From assembly GCA_965203175.1 (NCBI GenBank), contig OZ241867.1, positions 2,400,001 to 2,464,000 of the forward strand: a stretch of 64,000 nucleotides of DNA, read 5' to 3'. The DNA comes from Candidatus Latescibacterota bacterium. Lineage in GTDB: Bacteria > Latescibacterota > UBA2968 > UBA8231. This document shows positions 38,248 through 46,740 of this stretch, piece after piece; the stretch's first letter is position 1; each line of letters begins with the position of its first letter. A program made the translations under genes and the position numbers. Under the pieces are notes generated by a model. That model saw only the letters and a list, made by a program, of their open reading frames with translations, was not told the DNA's origin and ran no database searches.

Positions 38248-39582
38248 TTAAGCGCATTCAACGCACATTGCGTCGCAGCGTCGTCTCAGCCGTGCGAGCT
38301 GAGCTGAGAACTTGGGATCTGCTGTGAGATTGCAGGATTCGTGCGGGTCTTTGAGCAGGTCGTACAGCTCCTCATAGACGGGCTGTTGCTCGTAGTAGCG
38401 AATGTATTTCCAGCGCTGCGTGCGCACGCCTTCGCTCTTGGGGATGTCGGCGCGGTTGAATCGGTGCTCGCAGAAGAACGCCTTGCGCCATTCGGCTTTT
38501 TTGCCGCGCAATAAGGGGACGAGGGATTTTCCCTGCATTCCGTCCGCAGCGTCCAAACCGGCTAGTTCGAGGATGGTTGGCGCGACGTCGATGTTGAGCG
38601 CCATTTCTTCGCGCACGATCCCTCGCTTGCTCTCGTTAGCTCGCGGATCGAAGACGATCAAGGGAATGCGGATCGACTGTTCGTTTAACTGCCAGCAGTC
38701 GCTAAGCCCGCGATCGCCGTAGTACATCCCGTGGTCTGAGGCGAAGATCACGATTGTGTTGACGGCTAACGATAGCTGATCCAACGCCGTGAGAATTCTG
38801 CCGATGTTGCGATCGACGCCGCTGACCATTCTGTACAGTCCGCGCATGTTCCGCTGGTAGTCCGCAGGCGTTGCATAGCGGTCCCGCCAGCGCACTCGGC
38901 TTTCCGTCTCGCGCAGGAATTTCGGCAGCCGCCTGAAGAAGTCGGGATGGGCGTTGAGTGGCTCTGGTATCTTCGCATCCGCGTAGAGTGGATCTTCAGT
39001 AGCAGGCCAGATGTAGTGGCGCGGGTCGTCGTCCTGCGCGTGCGGCGCGTTGAAACTGACGGAGAGGCAAAACGGCTGACTAAGATGGGTGCGTAGGAAG
39101 TCGATTGTTTTGTCGCCGGTAATGTCGGTCAGGTGGCGCACGCGGCCGTCTGGCTGTCTGATTTCATACCCGTCTTCAGTCCAGTGTTCGTAGTTGTCGA
39201 ACGCGTCAAACATTTTTTCGAGCGCGCCTGCGTCTGCGAGGGAAGGGTCGATTCCTTTTGCGGCAATGCCGAACTTGCCGATCAGCCCCGTGCGGTATCC
39301 GGCCCTTTTGAGAGCCGCCGGGTAGGAGCTGTCGGTGAATGCGCGTTGGAGGGGCGGTGTGAGGAAGGTGAAGCGGTGGCGGCTTTCATAGACGCCGGTG
39401 AGATAGCTCGCCCGGCTGGCGGCGCAGATCGGGCTGGTGCAGAATGCGTTTGCGAAGCGGACGCCATTTGCGGCAAGCCGGTCGAGGTTCGGGGTTTGGA
39501 TGATTGGGTTGCCGGCGCAGCCGAGTAGGTCGTTGCGCTGGTTGTCGGTCAGGAGAAAGAGGATGTTCGGGACAGAGGCCAT
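38248..39582 (-). CDS. Sulfatase (S1 family)
   Basis: PNILFLLTDNQR, TPNLD.LA, ICAASRAS (Cys formylglycine motif), SFNAPH, SDHG, ELYDL..DPHE..NL. Confidence 0.93.
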   Translation of the reverse strand: MASVPNILFLLTDNQRNDLLGCAGNPIIQTPNLDRLAANGVRFANAFCTSPICAASRASYLTGVYESRHRFTFLTPPLQRAFTDSSYPAALKRAGYRTGLIGKFGIAAKGIDPSLADAGALEKMFDAFDNYEHWTEDGYEIRQPDGRVRHLTDITGDKTIDFLRTHLSQPFCLSVSFNAPHAQDDDPRHYIWPATEDPLYADAKIPEPLNAHPDFFRRLPKFLRETESRVRWRDRYATPADYQRNMRGLYRMVSGVDRNIGRILTALDQLSLAVNTIVIFASDHGMYYGDRGLSDCWQLNEQSIRIPLIVFDPRANESKRGIVREEMALNIDVAPTILELAGLDAADGMQGKSLVPLLRGKKAEWRKAFFCEHRFNRADIPKSEGVRTQRWKYIRYYEQQPVYEELYDLLKDPHESCNLTADPKFSAQLARLRRRCDAMCVECA

Positions 39583-39607
39583 GATGTTTGCTCTGTCGAG
39601 AATTAAA

Positions 39608-39659
39608 GGCGTCCCGCTCGCATGCGCGACCCTAAAGGCCCGTATGCGAGCGGGACGCC
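39608..39659. repeat. REP-like inverted repeat / hairpin
   Basis: GGCGTCCCGCTCGCATGCG - 14 nt - CGTATGCGAGCGGGACGCC; 19-bp arms with one mismatch. Confidence 0.75.
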
Positions 39660-39683
39660 CGCTATGGCGTCGGATATGAACGC

Positions 39684-41429
39684 TTACTTTGCGCCTTTGC
39701 CGTGCGGGCGCATCACCAACACCTCGTAGGTAATCGGCTCGGATACGCGCTCCATCTTCACCCCGAAGTGCTCGCGCAAATAATCGAGGGCCACATCCCA
39801 GCCGTCGGAGAAATCGACATCGATATCTACTGGACGCTCAAAGGGGTTGTCTGCTGCTGCATCGTCCCATTGCAGCTCGATTTCGTCGAGGTCTTGGTCG
39901 TAGCCTTCGACTAGGCCGTTAAGCGCGACGTTTTCGAGCAGATTCTGGATCGCAGACCCGAGCGTACATCCCGTACAGCGGTAGCGTTTGTCGCTGATCC
40001 ATATAGACCTCTCCGGCGGGGTCGTTGGAAACTCGGAGCCGTCTTGGGTAAAAATCCTACGCGTCCTAGTCCCCTGCCGCTCTTCCTCCTCAGCGACAAA
40101 GCCAAAGCGGCGGCCGAGGCGTTGGACTCGCTCGGTGGAAGTTAGGCTATGGCTGTAGGTAATCCGCACGGAGTAGCGCTGCTTGGCCATTTTTTCCTCT
40201 GGGGTCTCCATCGGCTCTTTCCAAAGGACCCGCATGATCTCCGATCTTACGCTTGGGATCGTCTGCTTGATACGGGGTTCCACCGGCATTTTTCCAAGGA
40301 CCCGCACGATCTCAGCCAGCGGTTTGCGGTGAAATTCGTGGCGCGTGATTGCGCCTTTTGTGGACGAAGCTTGGCCCTCAAATCCCTTACTATGGTGATC
40401 CGAAGGAGGATGAACGATGATATCCATGCCTCCCAAGGGCATGTAGATCGCCTGCCAAGGCACAAAGGGATCTAGGATTTGCTCAAACGGCAGGGCGGAC
40501 CGTACTGAGTCGGTGAAGGACGGAACTGCATCGTCGGCGACCATGAAAAGCTCGTCTGCCAGCGGGGCATCGTAATCCAGATAATTCAATTCACTGACTA
40601 GCTCCCAATCTTCTTGGCCCACATCCAGATAAACGCGAGCGTGGCTAGGCAAGCGCGTCTGGGCATCTACTTCGACTTCATACCGGATATCCGACGGGGT
40701 CTTAGTGCCCAGAGAGGAGCGCCGCCAGATCGAAAAAAGTACCGTCGCCCCTCGATCCTCACGCTCAAGCTGGTAGCTCCAAGACTCTAGTTGCTCGCTA
40801 TCGGGCAAGGCCAGTTGCTCGGCGACCTTATCTATAGACCACGCACTTTCCGCGCCCCTGTCTTCCCCATACCAGACACCGTCCATGTAAACCCGTATTT
40901 TCTCATTGTTCATCACGGCCTCGCGCCGCGTCGCGCCGCTGCTGACTGCAGAGCGGAAAAAGTGCGGTGCCCTGATCCACTGCTGTACTGGCACCTGCTC
41001 TCCCTTTTCTCCTCGGAACCAGCCCTCCACGCGTACGGAGTGAAGTTTACGCACCTCGGCGACCACCTCTGCCCACGCCGAAGTGTTCCCTTGCCAGAGT
41101 ACTCCCACCACCACCCCGGCCAGCACGGCGGCTAGTCCCGACAGGTATATCGGCCGCTGCAACCGCTGCCAGAATTCCGTGCGCTGACGCTTGTCCGCCT
41201 CCGAGTGGATCGCCTCCAGCGCGTTAGTACGTGCCGCCGCAAAAAGCGCGTCCGCCGGTTCGGCGGTGCCGATGTCAGCGCTCAGCGCTAGGACGGTTCG
41301 CACCGCCTCCAAATCGTCGGCTGCCTCTGGATGCTCGGTCAGATAGGTTTCGATCTGTCGCGCTTCCGCAGCCGATAGCTCGCCGCGCACGTAGTCGCTC
41401 AGTTTGCTTTCAAATTCGGCTCTGTCCAT
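39684..41429 (-). CDS. Large transmembrane anti-sigma factor with extracytoplasmic domains
   Basis: Degenerate ASD (LSDYVRGEL..HPE), one TM, SAWAEVV..V motif; C-terminus ALDYLREHFGVKME..PITYEVLV resembles DUF3738/TIGR03435. Confidence 0.72.
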   Translation of the reverse strand: MDRAEFESKLSDYVRGELSAAEARQIETYLTEHPEAADDLEAVRTVLALSADIGTAEPADALFAAARTNALEAIHSEADKRQRTEFWQRLQRPIYLSGLAAVLAGVVVGVLWQGNTSAWAEVVAEVRKLHSVRVEGWFRGEKGEQVPVQQWIRAPHFFRSAVSSGATRREAVMNNEKIRVYMDGVWYGEDRGAESAWSIDKVAEQLALPDSEQLESWSYQLEREDRGATVLFSIWRRSSLGTKTPSDIRYEVEVDAQTRLPSHARVYLDVGQEDWELVSELNYLDYDAPLADELFMVADDAVPSFTDSVRSALPFEQILDPFVPWQAIYMPLGGMDIIVHPPSDHHSKGFEGQASSTKGAITRHEFHRKPLAEIVRVLGKMPVEPRIKQTIPSVRSEIMRVLWKEPMETPEEKMAKQRYSVRITYSHSLTSTERVQRLGRRFGFVAEEEERQGTRTRRIFTQDGSEFPTTPPERSIWISDKRYRCTGCTLGSAIQNLLENVALNGLVEGYDQDLDEIELQWDDAAADNPFERPVDIDVDFSDGWDVALDYLREHFGVKMERVSEPITYEVLVMRPHGKGAK

Positions 41430-41434
41430 GGTGC

Positions 41435-41935
41435 TTAGTCCTTGCAGCCAGCACCCAAGTGGGCGCGGATCTTTTTAAGTGCTTTGTACTCGCTGGCTCT
41501 GGCCGACTCCTCGCTGCACCCCAGCCGCGCGGCGATTTCGGCAAAGGGCCAGCCCTCGAAGTTGCGCAGGGCGAAGACCATGCGCTGGCGCTCGGGCAAC
41601 TCAGCGGCCAAGTCGCGCACCCGGTCCACGAGCAAGCGGTGCTCGGCGTCTTTGTCGGCATTGGCTTCTATTGCGGGATCTTCATCTTCGTAGAGTAGCG
41701 CTCGATGTTGATAGCGCCGGATTTTGAAGGCCGCGTTGGTCGCCACCCGGCAAAGCCATGCCTTGGGGTGGGCGATGAGCTCGCCGTGCACACAGGCGGC
41801 GTGGAAGCGCAAGAAGGTTTCCTGGAACACCTCCTGCGCCTCATCGGCATTGGCGACGATCTTATAGGCCACCTTGAGCACTAAGCGTCCGTAGTGCTCA
41901 ACGGCTTCGGCGCTTATGTCGGCTGGTCGGCGCAA
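41435..41935 (-). CDS. ECF RNA polymerase sigma-70 factor
   Basis: EAQEVFQETFL, WLCRVATN, LPERQRMVFALR.FEG..FAEIA..LG. TTG start. Confidence 0.88.
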   Translation of the reverse strand: MRRPADISAEAVEHYGRLVLKVAYKIVANADEAQEVFQETFLRFHAACVHGELIAHPKAWLCRVATNAAFKIRRYQHRALLYEDEDPAIEANADKDAEHRLLVDRVRDLAAELPERQRMVFALRNFEGWPFAEIAARLGCSEESARASEYKALKKIRAHLGAGCKD

Positions 41936-42084
41936 AACTTCCTCTCTGTATGGATGTCGATTAGGGCGACATACAGGATGCGAATGGCTAAGGATTGCAT
42001 TGAAGCCCTCCTTTGCGGAAGAGTGCGGGTTGGCCGGTAGCGCATTTGTCCTATATGATCCACAAGGCGCGACTATGTGAACCG

Positions 42085-42120
42085 CAAAAATAAAAAAAAC
42101 CGCCTAGTTACCTAGGCGGT
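42085..42120 (-). terminator. Rho-independent terminator closing the large surface-protein operon
   Basis: Minus strand ACCGCCTAG-GTAA-CTAGGCGG followed by T8ATTTTT, ~30 nt after the stop at 42149. Confidence 0.85.
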
Positions 42121-42148
42121 AGCACAAATAGCTTTTGCGGCATGTCCC

Positions 42149-44797
42149 CTACCGCTCGACTCCCGAGTAAATCGTGATAAAGCTCCGCGTCGTCAATTCG
42201 CTCTGCCGACCTTCGAAGCTGGTCCGCGTTAGCTCAAAGCCCAAGGTCGTGGTCAATCGGTAGCCTAGGTAATCCGAGAAATTGATCAGTTGCGTCGTGG
42301 TGGTCAGCCCGCGGAAGCTATCTTCTGCACCGGGTGGCGTGGGATTTTGCAACTGCGAGAAGATCTCGTATTCCACGCCAACCGCGACAGTGCTGCGGCG
42401 CATCAGCGGGAAGCGGAATATCAGCATCAGCAGTTCGTCGAGTTCTAGGCGCGCTGGCGTCCCCGCAAGCACTGGCCGGCGGCGCGAGAATTCGCTCTTC
42501 CAACGCGGCATCAACGTCCACCTCCCTGAGCTCCAGCGGTACTCCGCCTTGTTGATCACTCCCAAAAACGAGGCTTGCTGGCGCAACCCCCTCAACTCCA
42601 AGTCGATCCGACCATCCAGTTGGCGGTGGAACTGCCACTTGGCCTTGTGCTCCAGACGCAACCCCGCAAAGGGCCGTTGCTCCCAGCCGAACCACGATGT
42701 GCCCAAGACGGTATTGCGCGCTGCGAGAGGATCCTCCACTCTGTATAGCGCCCCTCGCGTATTGGGCCGCTGCCTCCACTGGAGGACGGGATCGGCGATA
42801 TTGTCCCGCACTTTGCGCAGGTCTTGGAAGAGCCGCACCCGACCCCAGCGGTTGAAGTCGCGGTCGAGCGTCAACACCCCGTAGAGGGCTTGGTTGCGCT
42901 CCGCGGCCGCCAGGCGGCGCATATCCATCCTCCCCAGCATCAGCCGCACGCCCGGCAACAGATGGGCTCCGCCGAAGGCGTTGTAGCCCTCCCGATCGCG
43001 GCGATAGGGCAGGTCGGCTTCCTCGTCGTTTTCAAAGCGATCAATGGTGCCGTTGTGGTTCATGTCCAGCCCGTAGAGGAATTCGGGCCGGTCTGAATAG
43101 TAGCGCAGGAAGGGCTCCTCGTAGTCGGGGATCAGGTTCGGACTGTCCTCGTTGTCATTTTGATTGAAATCGGAAATAAAGTCGTTGTTCTCGTCCCATC
43201 CGGGAAAGATATAGCGATCTCCCGGTGCCCAGTCCTTGCGCTGCCAGTCGGGACGGCGATCCTGATCGTCGTTGTCATCGACGAACTCGTAGAGCTCGAA
43301 GTGGTTGCCGTAGTCGATTCCGCCCTCTTTGCTGGCGGTCATCATCGAGGTCTGGTAGGTCGGGTCAATGCTGAACGCCTCAAGTAAAAAGAAGTACGGG
43401 TAGGGCGTGCTGGAGAGGTTGGCGAACCAAGCTAGGGCCTCATCGCCAGCGGTGTGGTGCCGTTTGCGGTTGGGATTGGGGAACTGCCGGTAGCGGTTGT
43501 TGATGTCGATCTCCGCGTATCCGGCGAACCCGGCTAGGTCGGTCAACTCGAAGGTGAACCCGGCGATCTGGTTAGCTGTCGGCAGCCCGTAGTCGAAGGC
43601 CAACACGCGCTGGTTGGAGCCGTCTTGGACGTTGCCCCGGGCCTGGGCCACCGGCAGGAAGACCGTCACGTCGTCGGCGTTGACTTGATTGTCGGAGGCG
43701 ACTTCAATCAGGTAGTCGTTGGCCACTACCAGTTCCACTGCGATGCGGGTGATCTCGGTCGGGTCAACGCCGACATAGCCGGCGTCGGCTAGGTCGTAGC
43801 GCACCAAGATCTCCTCCAACCCGTCCGCGGCTAAAAAGCCCTGGCGCTGGAGGCCGCCCTCGATGAGTGGCCGGAAGCCGATCTCGCTGGCGCGCGTCTC
43901 GTTCCCCGCTAGGTCATACACCAGCAGGTCGCTGGCGAAGAGCGCTCCTCCTCCTTTGCCGTCCTCGGGGGAATCGTCGCGGATGCGGATCTCGATTGTC
44001 GTCACGGGCGTGAAATTCAGCGCCTCGGTGAGCTGTCCTTTGAAGATATCGCCGTTGACTGCCTGTCGCTGGGTCTGCGAGTGATGCGCGTTGACCAGCG
44101 TACCCCCGACCTTGACGAAGTCTCCTACTTGGACCTCGAGCCGGCCGCCAAACAAGTTGGTATTGTTGGTGCGCTGATCGGCCTGCGTCCCCCGGGCGGT
44201 GAAAATCACGTTGGGTGCTGAAATCCGCGACATCAACAGCGTGGCTTGGTACTTGTCGGCGGCGTAGTCGATCTGCATGCCGTTGAAGACCGCCTTGGAG
44301 AACGTCATGGGCGTCAGGGTGGTGCGGATGTAGTCGCCGACGGTGATGGCGTAGTGGTGCTCCCCCTTGTGGTCGGAGGCGATCACTAGGTTGCTGAACC
44401 AATTGCGGAAGTTATAGGTCTTATTCACCGAGCTGCCGAAGGGCTGGGGATTTTCCTGCCGCCAGTCGTAGATCAACCACCCCCGGGTCAGGAGATTTCC
44501 ATAGACGTCGTAAAAATAATAGCCCTCTAGCGCGGTGAAGACGTAGCGCTGGTAGTTTTCGCGTGCGTAGTTGGAGTATTCCCACTGATTCCAACGGTAT
44601 TCGGCGTAGAGCTCCTGCGGCACGTACCACTTGCGAACGGCGGGATCAAGCGCGTCGAAAAGCACACCGGGGCCTCGGGGCTCGTAGGTAACCCGGCCGC
44701 CGCGCTGGATGGTGCCCAAGCGGGCGCCGTAGTCTTGGGCTTGGGCGGCGTTGACCAAAAGAGCAGCAAGCAGGGACATCAGTATGCCGTATTTCAT
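42149..44797 (-). CDS. ~880-aa exported protein with Asp-rich Ca-binding-like motifs and putative C-terminal beta-barrel
   Basis: Signal peptide (MKYGIL...AQA); DDNDDQD, DENNDFISD, DMNHNGTID motifs; amphipathic strands to the C-terminus; paralog of 46737-49406. Confidence 0.72.
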   Translation of the reverse strand: MKYGILMSLLAALLVNAAQAQDYGARLGTIQRGGRVTYEPRGPGVLFDALDPAVRKWYVPQELYAEYRWNQWEYSNYARENYQRYVFTALEGYYFYDVYGNLLTRGWLIYDWRQENPQPFGSSVNKTYNFRNWFSNLVIASDHKGEHHYAITVGDYIRTTLTPMTFSKAVFNGMQIDYAADKYQATLLMSRISAPNVIFTARGTQADQRTNNTNLFGGRLEVQVGDFVKVGGTLVNAHHSQTQRQAVNGDIFKGQLTEALNFTPVTTIEIRIRDDSPEDGKGGGALFASDLLVYDLAGNETRASEIGFRPLIEGGLQRQGFLAADGLEEILVRYDLADAGYVGVDPTEITRIAVELVVANDYLIEVASDNQVNADDVTVFLPVAQARGNVQDGSNQRVLAFDYGLPTANQIAGFTFELTDLAGFAGYAEIDINNRYRQFPNPNRKRHHTAGDEALAWFANLSSTPYPYFFLLEAFSIDPTYQTSMMTASKEGGIDYGNHFELYEFVDDNDDQDRRPDWQRKDWAPGDRYIFPGWDENNDFISDFNQNDNEDSPNLIPDYEEPFLRYYSDRPEFLYGLDMNHNGTIDRFENDEEADLPYRRDREGYNAFGGAHLLPGVRLMLGRMDMRRLAAAERNQALYGVLTLDRDFNRWGRVRLFQDLRKVRDNIADPVLQWRQRPNTRGALYRVEDPLAARNTVLGTSWFGWEQRPFAGLRLEHKAKWQFHRQLDGRIDLELRGLRQQASFLGVINKAEYRWSSGRWTLMPRWKSEFSRRRPVLAGTPARLELDELLMLIFRFPLMRRSTVAVGVEYEIFSQLQNPTPPGAEDSFRGLTTTTQLINFSDYLGYRLTTTLGFELTRTSFEGRQSELTTRSFITIYSGVER

Positions 44798-44826
44798 CAA
44801 TTGCCTTTTTAATAGTAGAACGAGCA

Positions 44827-46740
44827 TTAGTACGCCACCCCCATCGTCCCCAGATGCCGCTCCTCAAACGCGTCCGCCTGCACCCGCAATACCCACACAT
44901 AGGTCCCTGGCGCTAGCAACTTCCCATCCGGGGTCCTCCCGTCCCAACTGTAGCGCGCTGGCCCGATCCCCCGCTCCTCGGCAAACACCCTGTGCAGCCG
45001 CCGTCCTGCCAAGTCGAACACGTCCAGTGCCACCGGCGCCGACTCGACTAGCTGCAATAGGTTGAAAAACATCTCAAACTGGTCGTTGACCCCATCTCCA
45101 TTGGGCGTGAACACCCGCGCGACGACCGCGATCTCGCCGACTAGCTTGCCGATCTGCGGCTTGGGGATTTTCACGGCCAGCCCCGAAAGCTCGTCTTGGT
45201 CCGCTGGCCCGAAATCCACGACCTGTCCCGGCTCGACGATCTGCGGTACCGTCGGGAATTGGCTGTTGTAGGCGCGGCTGGAGAACGTGGTGCCGAAGCG
45301 GAAAATTGGCAGGTCATAGGTGAATTCCAGTACGGCCCCGTCTCTGTTTACCAGTGGAAAACTCAGCCGGAAGCCCTCCTGGTGCGCGTATTCTACTGCG
45401 AAATCCACCTCCTGCCCGTCCAAGCGCACGTTGCGGATATTCGCCACCGGCGCGTTGGAGTCCACGGCCAATGCGTCGTAGCCGCTCACCGCCCCGTTGG
45501 CCCGCAGCAACACCGCGTAGTGGAACGTCGCCGGCTTTTCCGCCTCGGCTAGCCGCGGAAAGACTTCGGCTCGGAGGGTATCGGCGATTGGCGGGTGTAA
45601 GTAGTCGAATTCGAGTCGATCGACGAGGCGCGTATCAAAGAGCCGGCCTGCAAAGGCAAACTGGAACTGGATAAAGCGCCGTGGCCCCGGTGCTGTTACT
45701 AGGCCGCCGTTCAACACGCGCTGCCACGGGCTCCAGTTTTCTTCGTCCTCCTGCGGCGGCAAGCGCTCGAGGCGGTCAAGCGACCAGTATTCGGCGGCGC
45801 TTACCTCCACGACGGTCGAGGGCGGTGAGAACGGATCTTCAGCCCCGACTCGCTGCCGATAGATGATTGGCGTATCGTCTAGCCCGGTGCGCACCCGTGC
45901 CGTCAAGCGGGAAAAGGGCGCTTCGCCAACCACCTCTTCTACCCAGCGCACCTCGCCGACGGTGGCGGGAGCCCCTAGATCGAGTAGGTCCGTCTGATAG
46001 GTCGCCCGGCTCAGGTAGCCCGTGCCATAGACTTCGATCTCGTCGATCTCGAAAGGCACTTCCGCTAGCGAACGCAACTTTATCAGCCGCACGTACTGGG
46101 GCTTGACGGCCACATCGACCACTGGGTCTTCGTTTTCCAACTCGCGGATCACCAAAATGTCTGGCGCGCCGCTGACGCGGTTGGTCTGCCTCGGGTTGAC
46201 CCACAGTTCGTACGCGCGCAGAAAGTCGTCTTGGTAGGGTTGGCGCGGCGTGGCCGCCACGGTGTTGCGCGGATAGAAGCGCACCCGCTGCACGCCTACC
46301 TGTTGGGCAAAGTCGAGGATGATGTAGATGCCGTAGGCCGGAACCTCTGGGTTGAAGGGGGTGGGTTTGCGCTCGAAGGCGGTGGTGTGGTCGCCGTTGA
46401 CGATGCCGCGGAGTTGGGCCTTGCGCAAATCGGTGTACTTGGTCATTGCATTGGGTGCCTTAATCGAGCCTTGGCCTTCGAGTACTAGGGAGGCGATGTT
46501 TTCCTCGCCGTCGAAAAAGCGCGGGCTGATCCATCCCGGCCGGTGAACGAACTCGACTGCGCCCACTAGTACGTTGCTCGTATCCACCTGTGACCTAGAC
46601 CGGGATCCGACCAAAAACTCGGGGTCAATGCCGTCGCCGCCGCCTGCCCAGTTGTGCTCAACGCCGCCGAGCACGAAGGTGCGGACTTGGCCATCGGCGG
46701 CCAGTGCTAGCAGCAACAGCACCGCGAAAGCCCAGTTCAT
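44827..46740 (-). CDS. Secreted discoidin-like + FlgD-Ig protein with FTPNGDG.ND (type-B-like) tail
   Basis: Signal peptide; LDFAQQVGVQRVRFYP, FEIDEIEVYG, VRTG.D, WSPW; FTPNGDGVND, FDLAGRR, WDGR...PGTY. Confidence 0.82.
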   Translation of the reverse strand: MNWAFAVLLLLALAADGQVRTFVLGGVEHNWAGGGDGIDPEFLVGSRSRSQVDTSNVLVGAVEFVHRPGWISPRFFDGEENIASLVLEGQGSIKAPNAMTKYTDLRKAQLRGIVNGDHTTAFERKPTPFNPEVPAYGIYIILDFAQQVGVQRVRFYPRNTVAATPRQPYQDDFLRAYELWVNPRQTNRVSGAPDILVIRELENEDPVVDVAVKPQYVRLIKLRSLAEVPFEIDEIEVYGTGYLSRATYQTDLLDLGAPATVGEVRWVEEVVGEAPFSRLTARVRTGLDDTPIIYRQRVGAEDPFSPPSTVVEVSAAEYWSLDRLERLPPQEDEENWSPWQRVLNGGLVTAPGPRRFIQFQFAFAGRLFDTRLVDRLEFDYLHPPIADTLRAEVFPRLAEAEKPATFHYAVLLRANGAVSGYDALAVDSNAPVANIRNVRLDGQEVDFAVEYAHQEGFRLSFPLVNRDGAVLEFTYDLPIFRFGTTFSSRAYNSQFPTVPQIVEPGQVVDFGPADQDELSGLAVKIPKPQIGKLVGEIAVVARVFTPNGDGVNDQFEMFFNLLQLVESAPVALDVFDLAGRRLHRVFAEERGIGPARYSWDGRTPDGKLLAPGTYVWVLRVQADAFEERHLGTMGVAY

